Positions 47,197-55,979 of a stretch of 64,000 nucleotides of DNA are shown here, piece by piece. Numbering within the stretch: position 1 is the stretch's first letter; each line of letters starts with the position of its first letter. A program made the position numbers and the translations under genes. The notes below the pieces were generated by a model. It did not search any database and was not told the DNA's origin. It saw only the letters and a program-made list of their open reading frames with translations. The DNA comes from an uncultured Clostridia bacterium (lineage in GTDB: Bacteria > Bacillota > Clostridia > Oscillospirales > QAMX01): NCBI GenBank assembly GCA_944380935.1, contig CALWJF010000039.1, forward strand, positions 12,492 through 76,491, read 5' to 3'.

Positions 47197-49074
47197 ATGA
47201 AGCGGATTTTTTCTCTCTTCATGACATTGGCTCTGGTTGTCACATTATTTAGTGGTGTCCTGGCAACAAATGCATTGACCCCAACTTACTCGGACGTCCC
47301 GACAACCCATTGGGCTTATCTTTATATTGATTATCTGTCTTACAAAAATGTGCTTTCCGGTGATGGGAATGGCAAGTTCCGGCCGGAAGATACCGTAACG
47401 CGAGCCGAGTTCATCAAAATGATGGTGGAACTTTTTGGGCTCAAGGAAACCGCGTATGTTCAATATACCAATATTCCAAAATGGGCCGTTAGTTATGTGG
47501 AAAAAGCTGCTGCGCAAGGATTTTTACTCAATTATTCCCAAAATGCTGATTTCGGGAAAGAGCTGACCCGTGAAGAAGCCGTTGCACTCCTCATGCGCTA
47601 TCTGGATCTCGGAGAAGGCGGAAATATCCAGTATATCAATTTAAGTGATTATTATTCCATCGATGTTATGTATCGTGATTATGTCGTCGAAGCAATCAGT
47701 GAAGGAATCGTCAGCGGCTATAAAGACGGTACATTCCGTCCCAAGAATATCCTCACACGTGCAGAAGCCCTTACAATTCTCTATATGGCTGCAGGCGCAA
47801 TCTACGATCAATCTGCATATGCCAATTCGACGGGGGCTTACCACACCAATGCCGTTATCAACAATTCCGCTTCGCTCTACAATCTTGACCTGAGCGGACG
47901 AATCCTGATTACGGAAGACGTTGAGGTTGTTAACTTTATTGATTGTGACATCAGCGGCAATATTTATGTACGTGGGGATACAACTGTATGCTTTAAGGAT
48001 ACAAATGCCCCTTATATTGAATTCCAGACTTACGAAGGCGAACTCAAACTAAAAGAGGATGCCACATTGAAAGTCGCAGACATTTCCAATACGACTTATA
48101 TTGACATTGATGAAGACTGTAAGATTGAAACCCTCAATATTGCCCCAGAAGCAAAAAATACCAAGGCGGATGGAAAAGGCGAAATCGATAAGATCAACGT
48201 TTATGCTTCCGGTGTGGATACCGGCAAGATCCTGCCTGCTGAATACTATATTCACAAAGGTCTGACGGCTACTTTCGCTGGGATTACCTACAACGAAGGA
48301 ACCGGAAAGGGTACGCTGGCCGGTTTCAAATCCGCTTATATTTCCGGTAATTATTACTATCTGAATAATCCAACTGCACCAGGAACCGGTGAATTGGCTT
48401 ATGAAATCAATATTTCGGTGACACCCACAGTGGATGGTTATGTCTATTCCGCAGCCTGGCTGGCGTCGGAGAAAGCTTTAAGCGGCAAAGATATCTATCG
48501 ATACTGTGAACAGAATTATGGCGGTTTAACCAAGGTTAAGGCAGGGAAAACCTATAATATTGTTATGGTCGTTCCGAAAGCGTATTCGGAGTATAATGCA
48601 GGCATTATTCTTGTTACCAACGATGGTACCCCATTGGCAAATATTGTAAGTACGGCTTATAATCAGAGTGTGATCAGTTATACTCCCTCTTCAATGGGCG
48701 CAAATCCTCCGGAAGTTGTCAAAGCTGATGTACCGGAATGGTATATTACAACCAGTGACGACGGTGAATCTATTGTCATTATGTTCGATCAACTCATGTA
48801 TGCATATAATGGCCGTAAATTTGTTAAACTGTCTGACCTGAACCAGCGTGATCTTAAACAAATTTTTGCCTTGGAAGCAACTCCTGCGAGATTTGCCTCA
48901 ACCTATCCGGAGTTTGATATTGACGTTTATGAAGGATTGACCACCATTGTTTATATAACTCCAGACGAAGGCTTACGCCGTGGGGAATATTATTACGTTT
49001 ATCTTTTGAACCGGTTATATAACAGTCAAGGAACGCAAACAGATACACTATATGATTATGTTTATATCCGTTAA
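47197..49074 (+). CDS. SLH-domain cell-surface protein
   Basis: Signal peptide, three SLH repeats (residues about 25-200; e.g. FRPEDTVTRAEFIKMMV, TFRPKNILTRAEALTILY), then about 420 aa of unassigned beta-rich sequence. AAGGAGG RBS. Confidence 0.85.
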   Translation: MKRIFSLFMTLALVVTLFSGVLATNALTPTYSDVPTTHWAYLYIDYLSYKNVLSGDGNGKFRPEDTVTRAEFIKMMVELFGLKETAYVQYTNIPKWAVSYVEKAAAQGFLLNYSQNADFGKELTREEAVALLMRYLDLGEGGNIQYINLSDYYSIDVMYRDYVVEAISEGIVSGYKDGTFRPKNILTRAEALTILYMAAGAIYDQSAYANSTGAYHTNAVINNSASLYNLDLSGRILITEDVEVVNFIDCDISGNIYVRGDTTVCFKDTNAPYIEFQTYEGELKLKEDATLKVADISNTTYIDIDEDCKIETLNIAPEAKNTKADGKGEIDKINVYASGVDTGKILPAEYYIHKGLTATFAGITYNEGTGKGTLAGFKSAYISGNYYYLNNPTAPGTGELAYEINISVTPTVDGYVYSAAWLASEKALSGKDIYRYCEQNYGGLTKVKAGKTYNIVMVVPKAYSEYNAGIILVTNDGTPLANIVSTAYNQSVISYTPSSMGANPPEVVKADVPEWYITTSDDGESIVIMFDQLMYAYNGRKFVKLSDLNQRDLKQIFALEATPARFASTYPEFDIDVYEGLTTIVYITPDEGLRRGEYYYVYLLNRLYNSQGTQTDTLYDYVYIR

Positions 49075-49088
49075 GCTATAAAGTCAAA

Positions 49089-49140
49089 AATAAACCGGCC
49101 CGACATGCATTGAGTCGGGCCGGTTTATTTTGATTGTTTT
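49089..49140 (+). terminator. terminator of the SLH gene
   Basis: AATAAACCGGCCCGAC / GTCGGGCCGGTTTATT 16-bp stem followed by a T-rich tract. Confidence 0.85.
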
Positions 49141-49465
49141 CTTTCTATAATGGGCAATATAAAAAATCCACAAAACATATGGACATTTATATTTTTTATG
49201 TCTATAATAATGCGATCTCTTTCTATCCGAGCTTATTTATTCTTTGACTCGATTTGTTCCATTGTTTATGAATAAGACGAATATCCATCATGGTAAGCTG
49301 AGGAACAGGAAAGCTGTCTTTAGAATTCAAAAAGTTTATTTTAAGAAATTCGTAAACTTTTTTCTGGTTTTTTTGTAAGAAAGTTTGCGTTAAAATAATA
49401 CCATTCCATAAATCATTCTAATTTATTTGAAATTCGGTTAGAATTGTACTGTCAGGTGAGGTATT

Positions 49466-50140
49466 ATGACCGATCAAAACAAAAAAATAATTGTTGTCCT
49501 TGCAGGTGTTCTATTCTTGCTCTTATTCTTCGCCAGCGCCTGGTTGCTTGGCCGGCCAATGCTGCAATTCGTTTCTGAGCCAGATCGCTTCCGCGCCTGG
49601 GTCAACGAAAACGCATTATTGGGGAAACTTTCTTTTGTGGGGATGATGGCAATGCAAGTATTCGTTGCAATTATCCCCGGCGAACCCCTGGAAATCGTCG
49701 CCGGTTATGCCTTTGGCGCATTGGAGGGCACTCTGTTATGTCTGGCAGGTGCAACGATTGGCAGTATCCTCGTATTCTTGTTTGTACGTAAATGCGGGAT
49801 CCGCGCGGTAGAAATATTTTTCCCACGGGAAAAAATTGAAAAACTGAAATTTCTTCAGGATAACCGTCGTCTAAACTTGTTGGTATTTGTCATCTTTTTT
49901 ATTCCCGGTACACCAAAGGATATTTTGTGCTATTGCATTGGGTTGACAAAAATGCGGCTCGGTACCTGGATTCTTATCACGGCAACTGCGCGAATTCCAT
50001 CCGTGATTACCTCCACTATCGGTGGGGATGCGCTCGGGCTTGGTGCACATGGATTTGCTGCTGCTATTTTTATTGCCACATTGATTCTCAGCATAGCCGG
50101 GTTGTTAATTTACAGAAAGATCTGCCAAACGAAAGGTTGA
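49466..50140 (+). CDS. TVP38/TMEM64-family (DedA-superfamily, SNARE-associated) membrane protein
   Basis: PGEPLEIVAGYAFG motif and a 5-6 TM profile. GGTGAGG RBS. Confidence 0.8.
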   Translation: MTDQNKKIIVVLAGVLFLLLFFASAWLLGRPMLQFVSEPDRFRAWVNENALLGKLSFVGMMAMQVFVAIIPGEPLEIVAGYAFGALEGTLLCLAGATIGSILVFLFVRKCGIRAVEIFFPREKIEKLKFLQDNRRLNLLVFVIFFIPGTPKDILCYCIGLTKMRLGTWILITATARIPSVITSTIGGDALGLGAHGFAAAIFIATLILSIAGLLIYRKICQTKG

Positions 50141-50144
50141 AACC

Positions 50145-51404
50145 ATGAAAACGATCGAAACTATCCAGACCGTAAATTATATCCTCGCATTGATATTCTT
50201 CTTTTGTTATGTTTATCAAATTTTTTATCTATTTGTTCCGTTTTTCAAAAAGGACCGTCCACATAAAAACGCCCGGTTCCATCACTATGCAATTCTGATT
50301 GCTGCGCGAAATGAAGCTTCGGTCATTACGCAGCTGCTCGAAAGCATTCATGCACAGGATTATCCTGCGGATAAAATTTCGACTTTCGTCGTCGCCGATA
50401 ACTGTACAGATGATACTGCTGCGCTGGCACGTGCCTATGGCGCTATCGTATATGAGCGACATAACCGGGAACTTGTCGGGAAAGGTTATGCACTGGATTT
50501 CTTATTGGCGCAGATTCAGCGGGACTGGGGCGATCGTTTTGATGGATATTTTGTTTTTGATGCGGATAATTTGCTAAAGAACAACTACGTACGCGAAATG
50601 AATCGTACGTTTTGTGATGGTTACGAAATCGTTACAAGCTACCGGAATTCAAAAAACTATGGCGACAATTGGATCAGTGCCGGATATGCATTGTGGTTCT
50701 TGCGCGAATCGCAGTACCTCAATCATGCACGGATGCTGCTTGGGACAAGCTGCGCGGTTTCTGGAACCGGGTTCCTATTCAGCCGGCGGATTCTACATAA
50801 GTGCGGCGGCTGGAAGTTTTTCCTACTGACGGAAGATATTGAGTTCACCATTCACAATATTGTTTCCGGAGAACGCATCGGTTACTGTGCGCGTGCTGAG
50901 TTTTTTGATGAACAACCTACGACTTTCCGTCAGTCCTGGCGGCAGCGAATGCGCTGGGCACGGGGTTATCTTCAGGTCTTTTACAAGTATGGCGGTCGTC
51001 TTGCGCAGGGCGTTTTCTCAAAAAATTTTGTCTCCTGCTTTGATATGTCTATGTCCATCATGCCGGCAATTATTCTTGCGGTAATCGGAGGCGTTGTCAA
51101 TTTAATTGCAGCTTTCCATAGTCTTTCCTTAGGACAAGACGTTTGGAGTGCCTTGAAGCCTTTTGGCATAACGCTTGCCAACACTTATTTATTCCTGTTT
51201 TCTCTCGGTCTGCTTACAACCCTTACCGAATGGCGGCAGATTCATACCAGTTGTTTTAAAAAAATCGCCTATCTTTTTACATTCCCAATATTCATGTTAA
51301 CCTATATCCCCATTTCGTTCACTGCATTGTTCAAACATGTTGAGTGGAAGCCAATTGAACATCGTGTTGGCATAAGGATTGGTGAAATTGCGGGAAATCA
51401 ATAG
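50145..51404 (+). CDS. membrane-embedded processive family-2 glycosyltransferase (D,D,D,QxxRW synthase type)
   Basis: ADNCTDDT, FDADN, TEDIEF and QRMRW motifs. One N-terminal and 3-4 C-terminal TM helices. 419 aa, the same size class as IcaA/PgaC/NodC/HasA. Confidence 0.85.
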   Translation: MKTIETIQTVNYILALIFFFCYVYQIFYLFVPFFKKDRPHKNARFHHYAILIAARNEASVITQLLESIHAQDYPADKISTFVVADNCTDDTAALARAYGAIVYERHNRELVGKGYALDFLLAQIQRDWGDRFDGYFVFDADNLLKNNYVREMNRTFCDGYEIVTSYRNSKNYGDNWISAGYALWFLRESQYLNHARMLLGTSCAVSGTGFLFSRRILHKCGGWKFFLLTEDIEFTIHNIVSGERIGYCARAEFFDEQPTTFRQSWRQRMRWARGYLQVFYKYGGRLAQGVFSKNFVSCFDMSMSIMPAIILAVIGGVVNLIAAFHSLSLGQDVWSALKPFGITLANTYLFLFSLGLLTTLTEWRQIHTSCFKKIAYLFTFPIFMLTYIPISFTALFKHVEWKPIEHRVGIRIGEIAGNQ

Positions 51405-51408
51405 TAGG

Positions 51409-51457
51409 AAACCCCCGGTACGGAAATCCGTATCGGGGGTTCTCCGATATTTTTTTG
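51409..51457. terminator. bidirectional terminator
   Basis: AACCCCCGGTACGG / CCGTATCGGGGGTT stem, followed by TTTTTTT. Confidence 0.8.
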
Positions 51458-51461
51458 AATT

Positions 51462-52289
51462 TCAGCCTTTTAGTCCACCACGCGCCACACCGGTAACAAT
51501 GAATTTCCGTGCAAAAATAAAGAGAATAATCATGGGTACAACAACAACCGTCGATGCAGCCATCAAAAGTTCTGGTGAAGAGCCTGCCTCGGTAGTAAAT
51601 ACCTGAAGGCCATACGGCAGCGTTCGGGAAGCTGCATCCGAGGTGATATAAAGCGGCCACATAAAGGAATTCCAGCTTGACAGCGCATTTAACAAAATGA
51701 TCGTTACCAGGCTCGGACGTGCCAGCGGCACCATAATCCGCCATAAATAACGCCAATTGGATGCACCGTCAATACGCGCAGAATAGTACAGACTTTCCGG
51801 TACCGTATCAAAAAATCCCTTTAGTATGTACGTATAAAAAATACTGCTGACAAAAGGAAGCACCAACGCAGGCAGGCGATTGTATAAGCCCATGTCTACA
51901 ATGGTCGTATAGTTTGTAATAATCAGCATTTCAAACGGGATCATCATGAGCCTCAGCAAAACGGAAAACACCACTTCCGGCCCCGGAAAGCGCAATCGGG
52001 AAAAGGCAAAAGCGCCCAAGATTGTCGTTATCGTGGTACATATAACAGAAGCCGCCATAACGACAAGAGAGTTGACAAAGTATTTCAGAAACGGTGCCAT
52101 GGAAAAAGCTTTTTTAAAGTTTTCAAAAGAAAATTGCTCCGGCAAAAACTGAGGCGGGTACTGGGTAACTTCATAGTGTGTTTTAAACGCACACAGAAAC
52201 ATCCAGAGAAACGGAAAGACCATCATTACTGCACCGCAAATGAGTACCAGATATGCTATACTGTTCGCAAATTTACGTCGCATAGACAC
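51462..52289 (-). CDS. carbohydrate ABC transporter permease (MalG-like)
   Basis: 6-TM protein with an EAA loop (SARIDGASNWRYLWRIMVPLARP). Confidence 0.9.
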   Translation of the reverse strand: MSMRRKFANSIAYLVLICGAVMMVFPFLWMFLCAFKTHYEVTQYPPQFLPEQFSFENFKKAFSMAPFLKYFVNSLVVMAASVICTTITTILGAFAFSRLRFPGPEVVFSVLLRLMMIPFEMLIITNYTTIVDMGLYNRLPALVLPFVSSIFYTYILKGFFDTVPESLYYSARIDGASNWRYLWRIMVPLARPSLVTIILLNALSSWNSFMWPLYITSDAASRTLPYGLQVFTTEAGSSPELLMAASTVVVVPMIILFIFARKFIVTGVARGGLKG

Positions 52290-52292
52290 CTC

Positions 52293-53207
52293 CTAGGAAC
52301 GGTTGCGCAGCTTTTTTTTCACAAAAAGCTGGATCATGGTAAACACGAAGATAAAAAGGAACAACACCACAGCGGCCGCTGCGGCATAACCATATTCGCG
52401 CTTTTCCATCATCATATAACGGATATAATAAACAACTGTGTAAAGATTATAAACCGGCCCTGGATCTCCTTTAAAAAGCGGATAAAGCTCGCTGAACACT
52501 TTAAAACTGGATATTGTATTGACAATACACACCAAAAAAATGGTCGGGGCCAAAAGCGGAACCGTGATACGGCGAAATATTCGTCCTTCTTTTGCACCGT
52601 CTACACGCGCAGCAGTATAATAAAGCTCATTAATGTTTTGCAAACCGCTCAATAACAGAATAATGGTAAACGGCAAAATGTTCCAGATTCCGAAAATCAC
52701 CAACGCTGGGAGCGACCATTTCGGATCGGTCAGCCAGCCGATTTTTGACACACCGAAAACGGAAAGCACATAATTCAAAATTCCGTACTGCTGGTTATAC
52801 ATCAACCGCCATGCAAGCCCAACTGCAGTAATCGAAGTCACCATTGGCTTAAAGTACGCTGTTTGAAAAATTGCGCTCCCATGTAAACGGCGATTGAGCA
52901 GCCACGCGATAACAACCGCCAATATCGTAGAAATCGGAACCACCGCTAACACATAAAGCAGCGTATTGCGTATCGCCTGCGTAAATTTAGGATCGGTAAG
53001 GACATTTTGATAATTTTCAAGACTCCAACCGGCATATGTGCCATTTAAATAATTATAGTCCGACTGAAAAGACATCAAAAAAACTCGAATTACAGGGTAC
53101 AACGTAAATATTGCCAAGCCAAGCAGGAAAGGTGCAAGATACAGATACGCCTCTCCGATCGCCCGGAAACGGCGCGGTTGGTCCGGCGCTTGCGGTTTGT
53201 CTTTCAT
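52293..53207 (-). CDS. carbohydrate ABC transporter permease (MalF-like)
   Basis: 6-TM protein with an EAA loop (AARVDGAKEGRIFRRITVPLLAP). Confidence 0.9.
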   Translation of the reverse strand: MKDKPQAPDQPRRFRAIGEAYLYLAPFLLGLAIFTLYPVIRVFLMSFQSDYNYLNGTYAGWSLENYQNVLTDPKFTQAIRNTLLYVLAVVPISTILAVVIAWLLNRRLHGSAIFQTAYFKPMVTSITAVGLAWRLMYNQQYGILNYVLSVFGVSKIGWLTDPKWSLPALVIFGIWNILPFTIILLLSGLQNINELYYTAARVDGAKEGRIFRRITVPLLAPTIFLVCIVNTISSFKVFSELYPLFKGDPGPVYNLYTVVYYIRYMMMEKREYGYAAAAAVVLFLFIFVFTMIQLFVKKKLRNRS

Positions 53208-54268
53208 ATCAACCGACCTCCTGTCTGTGCGTCGAAAAGAAAGATGCCGCGTCCGCGCAAAGAAACCGGCAACCGATCTCCTTCCTTTAAATCCAACTCT
53301 GCAGGGACAAATGCACGCACTTCGACAGAACCGAAACGCAAATATGCAATTTCTTCTTTTCCCATCGCATAAAAGCGAGAAACGGGGCAGGAAAATACCG
53401 CGTCCTGCGGCTGTGCCGCAAGGATACTTTCCGGACGAATAGAAAGAATCACGCTTCGCCCGTTTTCTATCGGCGAATCTGGTGTAAGCTTCAAAGAAAA
53501 CGATCCATCCTTCAAGCAGAAACTACCGTCACGCCACACGCCTTCAATACGATTAATTGGCGGATTGCCAAGGAAATCCGCTACAAAACAATTGGCAGGT
53601 TCGTTATATAGTGCCTGCGGAAGATCATTCTGCTGCAAAACGCCTTCGCGCATCAGGATAATACGATCGGAAATTGACATGGCTTCCTCTTGATCATGGG
53701 TAACGAAAATTGTCGTTACACCCGTTTGTTGCTGAATCCTTCGAATCTCTTCCCGCATTTCCAGTCGCAAGCGCGCATCCAGATTGGAAAGCGGTTCGTC
53801 CAGCAGCAAAAGGCGCGGGCGTTTTACCAGCGCACGCGCAATCGCCACACGTTGCTGCTGTCCGCCGGAAAGCTCCACCGGCCGGCGATCCATAAGCGCA
53901 TCTACATGGACAAGCTTTGCAATTTCCTGTGCACGGCGTAAGCGTTCTGCTTTCGGGACTTTTTGAATCTCTAACGGAAAGCAGATGTTCTGTCGTACAG
54001 TCATGTGCGGATAAAGCGCATAATTTTGAAAGACCAGCCCTACGCCGCGCTTATCCGGGGGTACACGCGTAACCTCAACATCATCAAAATAAATATTCCC
54101 CTGCGTGACCGGAAGAATTCCGGAAAGCATATTCAAGATTGTGGACTTGCCGCAGCCGGACGGACCGAGCAGACATACAAGCTCACCGTCTTCCAGCGTG
54201 GCAGTAAAATCGCGCACTGCGGTCACATTGCCAAAACATTTTGTCAGCTGCTCCAAGCGTACTTTCAT
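53204..54268 (-). CDS. sugar ABC transporter ATP-binding protein (MsmX/UgpC/MalK type)
   Basis: GPSGCGKST, LSGGQQQRVAIARAL, LLLDEPLSNLD, and a C-terminal TOBE-like domain. Confidence 0.95.
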   Translation of the reverse strand: MKVRLEQLTKCFGNVTAVRDFTATLEDGELVCLLGPSGCGKSTILNMLSGILPVTQGNIYFDDVEVTRVPPDKRGVGLVFQNYALYPHMTVRQNICFPLEIQKVPKAERLRRAQEIAKLVHVDALMDRRPVELSGGQQQRVAIARALVKRPRLLLLDEPLSNLDARLRLEMREEIRRIQQQTGVTTIFVTHDQEEAMSISDRIILMREGVLQQNDLPQALYNEPANCFVADFLGNPPINRIEGVWRDGSFCLKDGSFSLKLTPDSPIENGRSVILSIRPESILAAQPQDAVFSCPVSRFYAMGKEEIAYLRFGSVEVRAFVPAELDLKEGDRLPVSLRGRGIFLFDAQTGGRLI

Positions 54269-54344
54269 GGCGGTACCTCCTTTTATTCAATTCTGCAGCT
54301 GAAATACCGGCATAACCAGGCGCTGCCAAGCCCGGATATGGGAA

Positions 54345-54375
54345 GGCGTGCTGCAAATTAACTTTGCAACACGCC
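54345..54375 (-). other. intercistronic stem-loop between the SBP and ATPase genes
   Basis: 13-bp stem (GGCGTGCTGCAAA / TTTGCAACACGCC, one G-U pair) with a 5-nt loop and no U-tract. Confidence 0.5.
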
Positions 54376-54401
54376 AAGATAAAATTCAAGATCATCAGCT
54401 G

Positions 54402-55781
54402 TCAGCCAGCAAGCGCCTCATTACAAGCCGCGACAAGGCCATCTACCGCTTCCTGCGCGCTCATCTGACCGGAGGCTGCATAAGTCAGATATTCTTCCAG
54501 AAGGCCACGCAGCTGTGAAGCACCGGGAATATTCGGGAAGGAACCGGATGCATCCAAATTGGCCTGTACGCACTGCAGGGATTCCGGAACATTTTCAAGA
54601 TAAGCCTGATAATCTGCGTCGGCCTGCGTAGTCCCATATGGAGAAATTGCGGAATTCACCTGCGCCCATCCGGCATTGACAGACGGGGAAAGGAAGAATT
54701 TAATAAACTCATATGCTCCACGGTCAATTGCTTCATCACTCGACTTCAAGAAAATCGGGCCGCGATTCCACGCCGTATAGAACGCTTCTTCTGCAGATGC
54801 GATCCAGGGAGCCATTGCAAATTCAAAATCCTGCGCGGTGATATATTGGTCGTTGACGCACGAACCACTAAAGCCGGCAACCAGCTGCGTATTAAAATCA
54901 TCCGACGCATAATCATTGGTCGGAGAAAGTGCGAAGTAACCAGCCGCGACATTATCCGCAAACCACTGGAAAATTTCCACGGTTCCCTCGCCGCCAAACT
55001 CTACCGTCTTGGAATCCACATCGATATAACCTTCGCCATTTTGCATCAACAGCGCCTGGATATCGTCTACAAGCCCATCCGCCAAATAGCCGGCAATCCC
55101 GTATTCGTTATAAATTGCTGCGCAATTGGAGGCCAATTCTTCCCAGGTTGTTGGCGCGCTAAGGCCAAGCGCATCATACATAGTCTTATTATAGAAGAAT
55201 ATCGGGCCAGTTGTACAGCCAGGCAGATAATAAATACCACCGTCGGCAAACCCCATGACATCCGTCTTCATGGCTTCCGGCAAAGACGCAATATAGTCTT
55301 CCATTGCGGTATCGCCTTGGGCCTTATCTTCATCGATATACGTTTGGATATTTACAGCAAGACCCGCTTCGATATAATCAACCGCAGTAGATGCATAATT
55401 GAAAATCAGGCTCGGTCCTACACCATTCGCAACGGCGTTATATACAGAATCTTCGAACCCACTATAGGCCTGCTCAAGTACCTGGACTTCATATTCCTCC
55501 TGACTCTCGTTAAACGCAGCTGCCTGCTGTTCAAGATAAGCCGCCTGATCGCCCGTATACGTATGCCAAATTTGTACGATGGCGCGCTCGCCCGTCTCCC
55601 CACCATCCGGGATCTCGGCATCCCCATCATCGGGCGTATCCGGCTCATCGGGTGTATCGGGTGTACCTTGACTACTGTCATCCGGTGTGCCGTCGTCTGC
55701 CGTTTCCTGTGCACAACCGCAGCACAGACCGATCAGCATACATACTGCAAAAAGTACAGCAAGAACTTTGCGCAAACTCAT
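54402..55781 (-). CDS. sugar ABC transporter substrate-binding lipoprotein
   Basis: Lipobox LCCGC, a D/P/T-rich linker, then an SBP_bac_1-like body. Confidence 0.9.
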   Translation of the reverse strand: MSLRKVLAVLFAVCMLIGLCCGCAQETADDGTPDDSSQGTPDTPDEPDTPDDGDAEIPDGGETGERAIVQIWHTYTGDQAAYLEQQAAAFNESQEEYEVQVLEQAYSGFEDSVYNAVANGVGPSLIFNYASTAVDYIEAGLAVNIQTYIDEDKAQGDTAMEDYIASLPEAMKTDVMGFADGGIYYLPGCTTGPIFFYNKTMYDALGLSAPTTWEELASNCAAIYNEYGIAGYLADGLVDDIQALLMQNGEGYIDVDSKTVEFGGEGTVEIFQWFADNVAAGYFALSPTNDYASDDFNTQLVAGFSGSCVNDQYITAQDFEFAMAPWIASAEEAFYTAWNRGPIFLKSSDEAIDRGAYEFIKFFLSPSVNAGWAQVNSAISPYGTTQADADYQAYLENVPESLQCVQANLDASGSFPNIPGASQLRGLLEEYLTYAASGQMSAQEAVDGLVAACNEALAG

Positions 55782-55979
55782 AAAAATCTCTCCTTACGTT
55801 CATTTGATTTTGCAAAACTTGCAGGTACGATCTTTATTTTACTCTCTTTTTCTCAAATGTACAGCAAAACAATCTGTATAACTATACCAATTTTTTAGAT
55901 TTTTATATGTAAATTTCGGCAATCAAAGCAAGCTTAGGCGAAAAGCAGCACAATTCGCAACCTTAAAAATCCAGAAAAC

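Noticed and set aside
49150-49275. 41-aa hydrophobic sORF (MGNIKNPQNIWTFIFFMSIIMRSL...) in the AT-rich leader upstream of the TVP38 gene. Considered as a possible leader peptide or bacteriocin-like peptide.
   Set aside because: It has no SD sequence and starts directly after the SLH terminator. AT-rich sequence produces such ORFs readily. There are no modification or immunity genes that would support a peptide locus.
49075-49465. Looked for a c-di-GMP (GEMM-I/II) riboswitch ahead of the glycosyltransferase module.
   Set aside because: None of the conserved GEMM core strings I remember (e.g. GCAAAGC or ACGCACAGGGCAAACC-like) are present. Only an A/U hairpin is seen. A CM search is still needed.
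54846-55898. 350-aa plus-strand ORF antisense to the sugar-binding lipoprotein gene.
   Set aside because: It is a shadow ORF. The sequence is Ile/Arg-rich and looks like nonsense. The minus-strand SBP gene has a lipobox, an RBS and operon context.
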